Part shown: one piece after another, positions 1 through 13,000 of the stretch
Layout of the letters: each line of letters opens with the position of its first letter
How positions within the stretch are numbered: the first letter of the stretch is position 1
Assembly: GCA_000182565.2 (NCBI GenBank)
Contig: KQ257460.1
Reading direction: 5' to 3' (one strand)
Length of the DNA: 64,000 bases
DNA from: Spizellomyces punctatus DAOM BR117
Taxonomy: Eukaryota
Translations under genes and position numbers: made by a program
Notes under the pieces: model-generated
Databases searched by the model: none
What the model was told of the DNA's origin: nothing
What the model saw: only the letters and a program-made list of their open reading frames with translations

Positions 1-1247
1 CAATTTATGATGACTGGGGCCGACCGTAAGAGCTAGCGCTTACTGTAAGATTGCGATGACCTTTTGACATACCATGCACATAATGTTGGTTCCTCATACG
101 TTCTAGTGGTTGGAAACCCCATTTGTATAAGGCTTGCCGTACGCTGCGCGGTTGCGACGGGTGGTGGAATGTTCTCAAAAAGAATATCCTTATAGTGCAT
201 CTCGTTCAATACCACGTTGTAGGTTCCTGAACGTTTAAATTTAGTGCCAGGCAGCCACAAAGTGAAATTCATGAAGACGACCTTTGGTTTCGCGACATAT
301 TGTTCTGCACACTTGCACCTCCGCCGACAGTCCAACCATTGACACGCGAATGCATTCCCTCTTCAATGACTCGAGAGTGTCCAAGATATTATCGGGATCA
401 CAGGTCGTTAAAGAAGCATACAGTACTAGGATTTCCCGAGAACCGTGAGAAGGAACATGGCTGGATAGAAAGAGAACCCCTGATGAGAAGAAGGTAGTAT
501 TTGCGTCTCTTTAGGCGGAGAATCTTCTAAGAGAAAATTGCCAATACGCACAGGGAATGATACGTACGCCAACGACGTTCGCGCTAGTTCTAATGCGTTT
601 TGAAGTGAGGGCTCTCCTTTAGGTTCACGATTAGATCTTTTTTGGAGAGCTGAGGTGTGGTCCGTGGGGTTTCCTGGATCGCAGGTTAATCAAGTGGTCA
701 CACACTATCATCATATGGAAGCCCTATTACCCGTCAATTCTGTGAGCTGTTCTGCTAAACCATCCCGAGTAATGATGATGCCCAACTGACTCAACGGATT
801 CTGGTCAAAATATTCTCCAATAAACTCTTCAGCTAATCGCATGGTGCATTCAATCCGCGAAGGCTTGAGGTCGAGTTCCGCCATAGCGCGCGACAGGTCT
901 ATTACTAAATACAGGTGCCGAATAATTCCTCGTTGAACTGTCGCCGTGTCACGATGTAGTCTGGGAACGGAGAGATCAAATGTGAGTTGTACTTCCGGCG
1001 TGATTTGGTCTCTCCAATTGCTTCACCTTCGGCGTTTGAGCTGCTGCTGAATGGAAGCCACAACCCCCTGAAGAGATCCCTGCTCATCTTCTTGCAAAAT
1101 ATCCCAACTTCGCTTATACTCTTCTTCCCAAGAGTATCCCTGCCCGGATGCTCCCATTAAGTCGTGCCCTTCGTCATCGTCAATGTCTATAGCACCGATG
1201 CCCTTTGCGGAAGACTTTCGTTTCGGAGGTTTCAAAGTATGGGACAT
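1..1247 (-). CDS. SSL1: TFIIH subunit Ssl1/p44 (GTF2H2), multi-exon, 3' end runs off the window
   Basis: ATG at 1247 (MSHTLKPP). Exons read GYSWEEEYKRSWDILQED, RGIIRHLYLVIDLSRAMAELDLKPSR, EYFDQNPLSQLGII, GEPSLQNALELA and LIQMGFP, matching the Ssl1 vWA region. Confidence 0.92.
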
Positions 1248-1631
1248 TGTTATGCAGGATGCATACGAAAGATAACCCACAAAAAGTCTAGTGCAACTTC
1301 ACCACGTCGAGCAGGACGTCAACAACAAGGTGCGCACGTGATCAAGCTTGGGTCCAGCCACGACCATCTTCTGGTGCCCACTCTTTTACCATTCGACTAT
1401 AGCGCATTAATTTATTTGACCATCTTACCCACTTGGATACCACTTAGGGTGACATATTTTCTCCGCATACGGTTAGGACGACTGGTGAAGTAGGTGCCCG
1501 TGCTGAACGTTTTCGCTCCAACTCCTCGCGTCGACGTTGACCGTCGAGAACAGTTCACCGACAGGTGAAGACTTGACCTGCAAAACCAAGTCTCAACTTA
1601 TGGAAGTCTCGTTTAGTCGGCTATCACCTGA

Positions 1632-4600
1632 ATGAGCCCTCAAAATCACACGGCACATCCAGGGAAGGCCAGTCCTCGCCGCACCTTCAGCGAGTCACCG
1701 TCCACCGACAAACCCAAAAAATCACTTGGAGAAAATAATGTGCGTACCGCACGTTCAGCCTCACTTGGTAAACTTTGGGGTCGCAAAAGAGGGCAACAGT
1801 CTTCAGACCGTATTCTTGCGTCCAGTGTACCAAAAGACGCGTGGATGAAGAAAGACACTCCCGGAGATGCAAGTTATGCCAACCCGGTGTTGACCAGCGG
1901 CCGAGATTCTCCTGACATTGATGAAGAAGGAGAAGATGTCTTTTCTTTTGAAGGGTCGCAATCTACACACGGACTGAGCCTTTCTGGACGAAAATCAGCG
2001 AGATTGGTAAAGCAGACATCCTTTTCCTCTCAAGTCTCGTCGGCGTCAGATTCTTCGCAGAATGCCGGCAGGTGGGACATTCATATCTGTGTGCTTAGAT
2101 CCTGTGCACCAATATTTATATGTTGTCACTATGCTTACAGCGATGGCAGCACACCCTCATGGGGCTCCTTAAGTTTGGGAGTAAGATCGCATTCAACTAA
2201 AGCGAGTAGTGATCTGATTGGGGTTTCGGACCAAAAAAACGACATCTTGGGTTCATTGCCAGCCAAGCATGGAGGTTTGCGGCTGGCGTTGTCAAAATTA
2301 CGGAACTCCAAAAGCAGGGCATCAACTGGTAAAAATACTTATTCAATTAATATTACTGTTATAACTCTCTCATCTTCATCATGTGCTTATTGAAAGGCGA
2401 ACTCTCGAGCCCTGCTGCAGAGCAAATACTCACACCTCTCGACACCAAATCATCTCCGTCGCTGGGACCAAGTCCTTCGCACTCCAGCCCTATCAGCAAC
2501 TCAAGTATTGACCTTCCCGCTCACTCCAGCCGTGGCCTGAGTAGTATCCGCTTGAAACCGTTTAACTCACCATCGCAAAGCCGCTCGTCCGCTGAATTTT
2601 GTTCCTCCCCTGCTCGCTCGCCCTCCAAGCACAGCCTGATTTCCCGATCCCCATCATCCGTCTCTAAATCCAACTCCTTCACGATGGGGCCATCCAGTAG
2701 ACGACCTTCATCTGCGGCGGGCGAACCAGTAAAAGAGACTCATGTAATGGTTAGGGACTACGACCCGCAGACTGGGAACAAGATTATAAATAAGTACATG
2801 ATCGTCAAAGAGCTTGGAAGGGGTTGCCACGGAAAAGTAAAACTCTGTGTTGATATGGAGACTGGCGAGGAATGGGTAAGTGTAATCCATTACCTCATGC
2901 GATTGCAGCAATCGATGCTGATCTGGTATTTCGGTTTCTGGGCAGGCTTTGAAGATTGTCCAAAAGAAGGCACGGCCACGCTTTCAAAGTCGATTACTTT
3001 CGAATCGCCTTGCGGCCGCTGATATTGAGCAGAACGGAAAAGTCCCACCGAGTAACCCGGAGCTTGAAAAAATAAAGCGCGAGATCGCAATTCTCAAAAA
3101 GTGCAATCACCCACATGTTGTCGCTCTGAAGGAGGTCATAGATGATCCTGCATCGGAGAAAATCTACTTGGGTATGTTAGAAATTTTTGGGATTTGTTAG
3201 TGCGGTTACTGGTTCCTCATTGTGCGGGCTTGTCCTTCTACCGCAAGGATGCAGTATTAGAGTATCTTGCTGGCGGTGATATACGATGGCATGATAATTC
3301 AGATCCACCAAGGCCAATCTTGACCATCGACGATGGCCGACGCATATTTAGAGATGTTATATGCGGTATTGAATACTGTGCGTACAGGCTCTTTATTTCA
3401 TTTCAGTTCCCTTCGCCTGCTTTGTTAGCTAAGTGACTATTTAGTGCACTATCAAGGAATTGTCCACCGAGATATCAAACCAGCGAACCTCCTTTGGACA
3501 GGCGACGGGAGGGTTAAAATATCCGATTTTGGAGTCAGTGTCGTGGTCAGGCCAAAGTTCTCACACGACGACCACGAGGCGAGCGAAGAACAGGAACGGA
3601 GTAACGAGCTGGAACTGGCGAAAACAGCGGGCACTCCTGCTTTCTTTGCCCCAGAGATGTGCGGAATGACTGATGAAGATTTCGGGTCAAATTCAAGTCT
3701 ATTCGCCGTGCCGGGCCGACCATTCAACGCGTTTGGTACCAATCCCAGTGATAGCCAATCTAGTGGCACTGCACCAGCAGAAAGTGCAGGACCTGGGACA
3801 CCCATGAAGGGCCTGTCCAATCAATCATCATTTGCTCTCTCCGATACTGGAGCACTCGCTAGCGGCAATAGGACTTCTGGAACCCCCATGCCGATGTCAC
3901 GGCAAACGTCCTCCGGGGACGTTACGGATCAAGTCCAAGCTGAGCTGGGCCAGCCTCAGCAGGCTAGTCGCATCCCAGTGCTAAACAAGCAGCCTTCATC
4001 TAAAATGGGTATTTCAGCTGGTACTGAACCTGTGCGGGAAGGCGAAGATGATCAATCGGAATTGGTGCAATCCGCTGTCGATGTCCCTTTATCACCTTCC
4101 TCACCCCCAACGCCGAACCCCCCTCCTCCACCCCTCCAGCACCTTCGCATTGGAAAAGCGATCGACATCTGGGCAATGGGAGTTACTTTATACTGCTTCA
4201 TATTTGGACAGGTTCCCTTCATGGCGGAGACAGAGTTTGAATTGTTTAATGTGATCAGTAAGAAGACGTAAGTCTGTAGTATTTTGGTGTCTGGTTATGA
4301 ACGGCAGTAACCGGTATTTGCCACGAAGCCTAGAGTTTCCGAGTCACATACGCATTACGGACGATCTACGGGATTTGTTCACCAAGCTATTAGATAAGGA
4401 TCCATCAACTAGAATAACATTAGAAGAGACCAAGGTGCGCGCATGCAGGAACTGGACCTGGTGCAGAGATGTAGGACAACAATTCAATTTGCGTTTATTT
4501 AGCTTCATCCTTGGACCACAGCCGACTTAACACCTGAAGAACGTGAAGCATGGCTGCAACAGACGGATCCGACTTTACAGTATGGTGCTCCCGTCCAGGT

Positions 4601-5462
4601 GACGGACGAAGATGTCCGTGGGGCTGTGACCATCATGGTGCGCATTGTTTTATGTTACTCGTGTGGTAAGTATGATGGAGCTAATTACATTTCGCACAGA
4701 GCCGAATACGCGATCGGATAAGAAAGCTGTCATCTTCTTTCCACAATCTCACCGCAGGGCTGCGAAGAAGGACGAAGAGCATGCCCAGCGTTCCATGTAA
4801 GTAACCTCCTCGGGAACCCGTTTGCGATCCAGATATCGTCGTCGTAATGTTCGCAAACTTTCGTAGCGGAAGCGATCGAAGCACTCGTGAAAAAAGGAAA
4901 GGACCAATGTGCCGTCAATGGTGCTGCCCAGCAGGATAGCACCAGGCCCTCCACGACGGGTAATCGGTCGAAACCCTTGCGAGGGCGACGCCGGTCTCCC
5001 TTGAGCGGTGGCGAGTCATCTTCGGACTACCTGGATGTACATGGTAAACATGTTCCATCACTTTTCTCCCCGGACATTGATATGGAAAATGGGGCGGTCG
5101 AACACGAGCCACAGCAACAAGAGTGGTTCCGGTGGGGTGTTGGAGGACGCGGTTCACAAGCATCGGGACACGAATTTCCTCCAGAGGGGAGTGCGTTCGT
5201 GCCATATGGTCTGAGATCGCCTGGTGCATCGTCAGACGATATGTACATGACATCAAACGAGGCGAGTGAAGACGAGGAAGATGAGGGCGTGAAAGCAGAA
5301 CGAGAGAGATTGAGGCAATTTGCTCTGACTTACGGACAGGATGAAGCAGACGATGAGGACGAAGGGGACGAGGAAAATGGAGGAGGATTGGAAATGAAAG
5401 AGAGCGGGCTAGCTCGGGGTACAGAAGTGCTAGTGATTGATGACAGGGAGGCAGGTGGTTAA
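1632..5462 (+). CDS. Ser/Thr kinase, CAMKK family (Sak1/Ssp1-like Snf1/AMPK-activating kinase), multi-exon
   Basis: Ser-rich N-terminus, then KETH..DPQTGNKIINKY, GRGCHGKVKL, KIKREIAILKKCNHPHVV, HRDIKPANLL, DFG, TAGTPAFFAPE, DIWAMGVTLYC and LLDKDPSTRITL, followed by an acidic tail. Start codon uncertain. Confidence 0.88.
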
Positions 5463-5683
5463 CCTCTTAAAAATCACTAGTAATTCGCCTTTTGTTTATT
5501 TGGTGTAAGCTAGTAATACACTGGATGAGTGCTTCATGACTGTGCCATTGATTGAGCTTAGTAAACACACGTGACCATACTGGAGAACGAAGGTTGCAGG
5601 AACGATGCAGCTGCAATCCGTCCTTTTGCCACCCACATTATTGCCATACCTAACTCGCTAGGTGCGCAAGAAATCCCTAAACC

Positions 5684-6583
5684 ATGTCGAAGAGAGGTCA
5701 GTAATGATGGAGGAGAGATGAACGACTGAATGCTTTCGGGCTGGCGCTGATTGCAGAGACGGATGGATGGATGGATGGAAGGACGGAGGTTATCATACAA
5801 GGCCATGAGCTAATTTCCCTTCTCTTCGATTTCAAATTCTCTGCGGATTCACAACACAGGACGTTCTGGAGGTGGGTTTTGATTGAAGGAAATGAGTGGT
5901 TGACGACAGTCGTCAAGCTAGTTATAACATCAACATTCTTGCAGCTTCGGGCAACAAATTCCGGATGACCCTTGGTCTCCCGGTCGGTGCAGTCATGAAC
6001 TGTGCTGACAACTCTGGAGCGAAAAACCTTTACATCATCTCCGTCAAGGGTATCAAGGGACGTTTGAACCGTTTGCCTGCCGCTGGTGTCGGCGACATGG
6101 TCCTCGCCACCGTGAAGAAGGGAAAGCCGGATCTGAGAAAGAAGGGTGGGTTTTCTGGCTGTGTTGTTGTAGGGGGGGGGGTGGAGCTATGCCATTTACT
6201 CCCTCGGAAAGGGGGTATCAGGGCATGGAACAGATAGTGGGCGACAGGAAGCAGATTCATTTGAGTTTCGAAATGGCGAACTGATTTGTCCGACCGTCAT
6301 TATTTTAGTTATGCCCGCCGTTGTCATCCGTCAGAGGAAGCCTTGGCGCCGTAGGGATGGCATCTACCTCTACTTTGAGGGTAGGTTTCTATTGTTGCCA
6401 CATATTTTTGGATCCGATCTACGATTGATTGTTGGTTTTTTTTTTTTTTTTTACACAGACAATGCAGGTGTTATCGTCAACCCCAAAGGTGAAATGAAGG
6501 GTTCGGCAATTACTGGTCCCGTCGGTAAAGAGTGCGCAGATTTGTGGCCCAAGATCGCCTCCAGCTCGGGTACCGTCGTATAA
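5684..6583 (+). CDS. RPL23: 60S ribosomal protein L23 (uL14), 5 exons
   Basis: The first four exons (5684-5696, 5860-5871, 5946-6145, 6309-6380) plus a final exon to 6583 give [37 protein letters not shown]...[34 protein letters not shown]. Confidence 0.97.
5761..5778 (+). repeat. (GGAT)n microsatellite in RPL23 intron 1
   Basis: ggatggatggatggatgg read directly. Confidence 0.8.
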
Positions 6584-7048
6584 AGGGTTGGGGTGTAATT
6601 TTCTTACGTCCATTTCTGAACCCATGTACAAAGTTGAGGATTGGATAATAGCATCCTTATTCATATCATTAATGTGCAATTGTCCATTTTGTAATAATGG
6701 CGGGAATGGGTAGTGAAGTGGATTTTCAAGCGCTTTGCAGCCTCTTGTTCCTATGCGCAGCATGATCACATAAGCGGATGGTCCAAGTTTAGTGAGTCAC
6801 CCTGCACCATTCCATAAAGCTTGCCGTTTCCCCAAATTCCATCACGAGATCACTCTGATCGTGGGTACATACTTGCACTGGGAGGGAGCAGAAGAACGTA
6901 GCGACGTTGCAAACGGTACCCAATATCAGAACTGCGCGTCGTATTTGACTTGCGACTGTGAAAAGTGGATAAAAAGGGCGGGTAGGTGGATACACACCGT
7001 TCCTTTCCTGTTGGGCAAAGCCTTATATAACCCATCTCAGGGAACGCC

Positions 7049-10000
7049 ATGGATGAGGTTAAGGAAGAGTCTGTCGCGTCTGCAAGCGATGGACTCGTTA
7101 GTGGGACAGTTGAACCGACAGCCTTGCTGCACCATGTCGAGCGACTGCTTCCACTTGTACTAGAATGGGACCCGTCTGATAGAGATGGTTTACTTAACTC
7201 TGCGGAAGCCATCGAGAAAGCCGGCCGATTTTGTACCGACCCCCAGGTGCAGGTCTTGTACATTGTGAAGGAACAAGCCGAACCGCCTGAGAAACAAGAA
7301 GGTAGCGCTTGTCGTAGTGTGGTGGTGATCATCGCATTGCTAGGGTTAACTGAATTTTTAACGTACCTACAGGGGACACACCGCATCAAACATTCAGGAT
7401 AACCGTTCGATTGGATCTTGTATACTCTCCTAGACAAGTGGCTTCCCTCGCCGTCATCAAAAGATTTTCTACCGTCGAAATCGCTCGACCCTTGCAACAG
7501 CAGCTGCAACTTATCAATCTACCTGGCCCGGGTGAGGGTGGCAACCCTTACGAAGCTCTTCACTCTTATATCCACAATGCTGTCTCCCCTTTCTTTGATG
7601 CCTTTGCTGCGGCAAAGGGGGTTAGCGCGTCTAGTATTGATCGGCATGGGAGAGAAGATAAGGACAATAAAACCGGTATGATTGCTTCCTCATTAAATGA
7701 TCTTCCAACATCTGATTGATGATGCATTCTTCTAATTAGGCATTCCAATGGCGAAAAAGAAAATCGCAGAGCTGGAGCTGTCCTTGTTACAGTTGCAGCA
7801 AAATGTTGAAATTCCTGACGTTATACTTAATTTCAACCCTGTAGTGCAGCGAGCTGCCGAAATCTGCCACGAACAAGGGAGGCGGGTGAATGTCGACGTC
7901 GTTGGCGATGTTATAAACGATTCTGCCGTTTTAAATAAACTCCAAGCCGATGTGAATGGTTGGATTAAAGAGATCCAGAAGGTTACGAAGCTTTCTAGGG
8001 ACCCGGCGTCGGGTAATGCTAGTCAAGAAATCAATTTCTGGCTGAATATGGAGAGGGCTTTGGGATCCATAGAAGAACAGCTGAAGAGCGATCAGGTGCA
8101 GCTGACATTGGACATACTGAAGCACGCAAAGCGATTTCATGCGACCGTCAGTTTTTATGCGGATACTGGCATGAAGGACGCTGTGGAGAAGGTTCAAAAG
8201 TATAACATTCTTATGAAGGACTTCCCCTTGAATGAGCTGCTCTCGGCGACCGACATCCGGAAGATTCAGGAATCGTTGATACTCATCTTCAACCACTTGA
8301 CGAAAAAGCTGAAGTTGTCGCCGTACCCTATTCGACGCGCACTACCTCTTGTCGAAGCCATCTCGCGCGATCTGAATGAACAGCTGCTCCGAGTCTTAGG
8401 TACACGTCGCATGATGTATATGGCATACGACGACTTTGAAAAAGCCTCTGGTGGATGTGAGGACGTATTTCGGACATGGGACGATCAGGTGAAGGAGTTC
8501 ACAAATGTCGCCCGGGATGTTACAAGGAAGCGATCAGAAAAATTTCTTCCCATTAAGATCAATCCTGTCCATGCGAAGCTGCAGGAGCGTATCACATTTT
8601 TGCGTACCTTCCGGAGACAGCATGAACAACTTCATGATACAATATTGAAAGTCATGCGGACTGAGAAAACTGGAACGACTGGAATTAATGGAATGGAGAC
8701 CAAGGGAGTTAGTTTGTCTGACGTCAATGCTTTAGACGACATCAAGGTGGCGTATGAAAGCGTGAAGAATGTTGATGTGTTAGACGTCACACCAGGTACG
8801 CACCGACTCTGTGATTGAATGATCAATCCAAAGTTCATGGAATTGTTAATATTTTCGATAGAGGGCACCGAAATATGGGTTGCGGCGGAAAACTCCTANN
8901 NNNNNNNNNNNNNNNNNNNNNNNNNNNNNNNNNNNNNNNNNNNNNNNNNNNNNNNNNNNNNNNNNNNNNNNNNNNNNNNNNNNNNNNNNNNNNNNNNNGG
9001 GTCTCGCGCGTTGAGAATCAAATAATTGCACGACTCAGGGATCGGCTGGGAACTGCCAAGAATGCAAATGAAATGTTCCGCGTGTTCTCAAAGTTCAATG
9101 CGCTGTTTGTACGGCCAAAGATTCGTGGCGCCATCCAGGAGTATCAGGCGCATCTGATAGAAAGCGTGAAGGATGACATTAAAAAGCTGCACGACAAGTT
9201 TAAGGTGCACTACAGGAATTCCCAAGCGTACAAAATGAGTCAACTACGGGATCTACCACCAATTTCGGGGGCAATAATTTGGGCGCGACAAATTGAGCGA
9301 CAGTTGGGTTTGTACATGAAGCGAGTCGAAGACGTATTAGGGAAGGGATGGGAAATGTACGCCGAGGGGCAAAAGTTGCAAACGGAAAGCAGTTCCTTCC
9401 GCAAGAAGCTCGACACTCGGCCCATTTACGACACATGGCTGGCGGATATTATGAAACGAGAGCTTTCGGTGACTGGGCGGATTTTCGAGATTAGTCGGAA
9501 CAGGGCGCAAGGCAACATTTTGCAACTTGGCATTAACTTTGAGTCGCAAACAATTACACTTTTCAAAGAAGTGCGGAACTTGCTTTGGCTAAACTTCCAG
9601 GTTCCTCATACTGTCGCCAATATTGCAAAAGATGCGAAACGTGTATATCCATTCGCAGTATCCTTGAGCGAAACAGTGCGGACGTATACCCAAACAGCGT
9701 ATAACGTTGATCGCCACGATGGGATTTCAACGCTGGTAGCTGGGTACCGTCGTGATGTACACTCTCACATCTCACGGGGTATCCAGCTTCGATGGGACTA
9801 CTTTGTTAATGCGGTCTGTATCATCACTGGATTTATCACTTCGTTTGAGTACCCCTAATGGATACCTGGTTTGTTTTCTTCAGTATGACGCGCGCCCGAT
9901 GATGCCCCCTTACAGTGATGGCCGCGAGAATCGGCATGTCGTTTTTGTTAGAGACTTTGCTTCAGTGGTTACTATTTTCCAGGATAAAGTGAACTCGGCC

Positions 10001-13000
10001 ATTGTCGTGAGCGATGAGATTCATCAAACCATCGGTCAATTGAAGACGTGCCGTTTTGAACGGAACGCGTTCCAGGATCGGTTAACGAAAATACAAAAGC
10101 TAGTAAGTACACTGGATGCAGTGGTCTGATTTAAATGCGATTCTGACTGGTATGCAGATCGATCGCCTAAATCTTGAAGGATATTCGAACCTGGCATCTT
10201 GGACCGCCAAGCTGAATGTTGACATAGAAACCGTACTGGCGGCTCGTTTGCAGACGGCAATCAAGGTAGTCACATTTATGGAACGCGCTGGAGTGTTTCC
10301 CGCAATTTTAACCTTCACGCACTTTCTGCCAATAGTCATGGATGGACGAATTCATGCAAGGGGACGAGGAACCTGCAAACATCGATCATAGGCGACGAAG
10401 GGGCCACAAAGCAAGCACACCCTCTGCGCGAAACTCGATCGTAGGGGCACCCAACGAGGGAGATACTGAACGAAGGCCAAATTTAGAAATCATGGTACAC
10501 GAGATTGCGTTGAAGAATCAGGTTATGTACGTGGATCCCCCGATCGAAGAGGCGCGAAACAATTGGTACAGGCAGTTACACTTCTGGTTAGGTATGCACG
10601 CGTGGCAAGACCATCCGCAAAGCCTCATTTGTGTCATAAATTACTTACGTTGATGGTTGTTATTGCAATTGAAGGGCATCTCTGTACGCTGAAGCCCATT
10701 CAAAGCTCCAGCTATGAGATGAGTGTTGGAGCGCATCGTAAGGAGGAAAACATGACCTATGCAATTCTGGTAAATCGCCACGCCTGGTATACGCGAAATG
10801 GTGATGATCGTATCTCACGATGTTTTCTAATGTCTAGCTTAACCGATTGTCAGACTCTCTGGAACGATGCTATGATATTGTTGAGCAGAGGATCAAAAGC
10901 GTCCAAGAATATACCGAGATCTGGTTGCGCTACCAATCTCTTTGGGATCTGGAATCCCATTACGTGTATGATCAGCTTGGAGATGATCTCCGGTTGTGGC
11001 AACAGCTAGTGCTGGAGATCAAAAAGGCTCGAGCGACGTTCGACAACTCTGAAACCGAGAGATCTTTCGGTCCTATCGTCATTGATTACGAACAGGTTCA
11101 GTCAAAGGTCAACGCAAAATACGATCAGTGGCAGCGGGAAATTCTGAACCGTTTCGGTGTCAAACTGGGAAGTAGTATGAGAGACTTTTACTCTACAGTG
11201 TCCAAGTCACGCACAGACCTAGAACAGCAGTCTGCGGATGGTAGTTCAACTGCGGAAGCAGTAGCGTTCATTACATTCGTCCAGGACCTTGGGAGAAAGA
11301 TTCCGCTTTGGACTGAACAAGTGCAGACTTTCAAAAGCAGCCAAAAGGTCTTGGAGCGCCAAAGATACCAATTTCCAAATGACTGGCTATATGTCGATAA
11401 TGTTGAAGGGGAATGGAGTGCTTTTAACGAGATTTTAGCCAGAAAGAAAAAGGCAATCCAGGAACAAATTGGTGCGTAGCGAGAATAACTGCCATTATTG
11501 AGCCAAAATAGTTGACATCCGATATGCAGCTGGATTGCAGGTCAAGATCGTCGCGGAAGATAAAATGGTTGAGCAGAAAATCCGAGACATTGCAGCCGAC
11601 TGGGACAAAAGCAAGCCCTTGCAGGGTGATATCATGCCGGATGAAGCAGTGGCTAGTCTCAATATTTTCGAAGGCCGCCTTCTTCGATTGCAAGACGATT
11701 ATAATCAGGTTTCTCGAGCTAAAGAAGCACTAGATTTGGATCGACGGGCAGACAATAAGTTACAGCCTATTCTCGAAGAGCTTCGTGACTTGAAGGGAGT
11801 ATGGGTAGCGCTGTCCGGTCTATGGACTGGCATTAACGAGATTCGCGATACCGTTTGGGCGTCGGCGGTTCCTCGCAAGATTCGCCAGCAACTAGACCAG
11901 CTGCTTATGTCCATGAAGGAAATGTCCAGTCGCATGCGTCAGTATGCGGCTTTCGATTACGCTCAGGAAACGCTGAAGGGCTACCTGAAGGTCAATCCGC
12001 TGGTCACTGAGCTCAAGTCGGAGGCATTGAAGGACCGTCATTGGAGGCAACTCTTCAAAGCTCTGGACTTGGGGGCCAAGGTCTCGCAGTCAGAGTTGAC
12101 CATTGGCCATTTGTGGGACGTGGATCTGAAGAAGAATGAAGCGGTAATTCGAGAGGTTATTACTGTTGCGCAAGGCGAGATGGCGTTGGAAGAATTTTTG
12201 AAGCAAGTTAAGGAAACGTGGACCAGCTTCGCGCTGGATCTAGTCGTATATCAAAACAAGTGCCGGTTGATCAAGGGATGGGAAGAATTGTTTACGAAAT
12301 GCTCAGAGAACTTGAATTCACTTTTTGCAATGAAGCACTCGCCATTCTTTAAGGTCTTTGAAGAGGAGGCCTCCACCTGGGAAGATAAGCTGAACAGGAT
12401 CCACATGCTTTTTGACGTCTGGATTGATGTCCAACGTCAATGGGTGTATCTGGAAGGCATATTCTCTGTTAGCGTCGACATCAAGCATCTCTTACCTGTG
12501 GAAAGCTCCAGGTTTCAGAGCGTCAATGCCGAGTTTATGTCCTTGATGAAGAAGGTATACAAGTCACCATTCGTTGTAGACATTCTGAACATCCCTGGCA
12601 TCCAAAAGTCCATGGAACGTTTGGCGGATCTTCTATCCAAAATCCAACGAGCCCTCGGAGAATATCTGGAACGAGAACGTTCCTCATTTCCAAGATTCTA
12701 CTTTGTGGGTGATGAGGACCTTCTCGAGCTGATTGGTAATAGTAAGGATATTATTCGAATTCAGAAACATCTCAAAAAGATGTTTGCGGGAATTGCCAGT
12801 CTGCTACTTAGCGAGGACTCGTCGATGATCGAAGGTTTGGTGTCCAGGGAGGGTGAGACTGTTATGTTGAAACACCCTATTTCCGTCAAAGAACATCCTC
12901 GCATCAACGATTGGTTGACGTTGCTGGAGAAGGAGATGCGGATGTCTCTTGCCATGTGGCTTTCAGACGCCGTGATTGACATGGCTTCCTTCCATGTCGC

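Noticed and set aside
5700-5755. C/D-box snoRNA-like pattern (ATGATGG..CTGA..CTGA) in RPL23 intron 1
   Set aside because: The C box is imperfect, the span is only about 50 nt, it abuts the 5' splice site, and no convincing rRNA complement was recognised.
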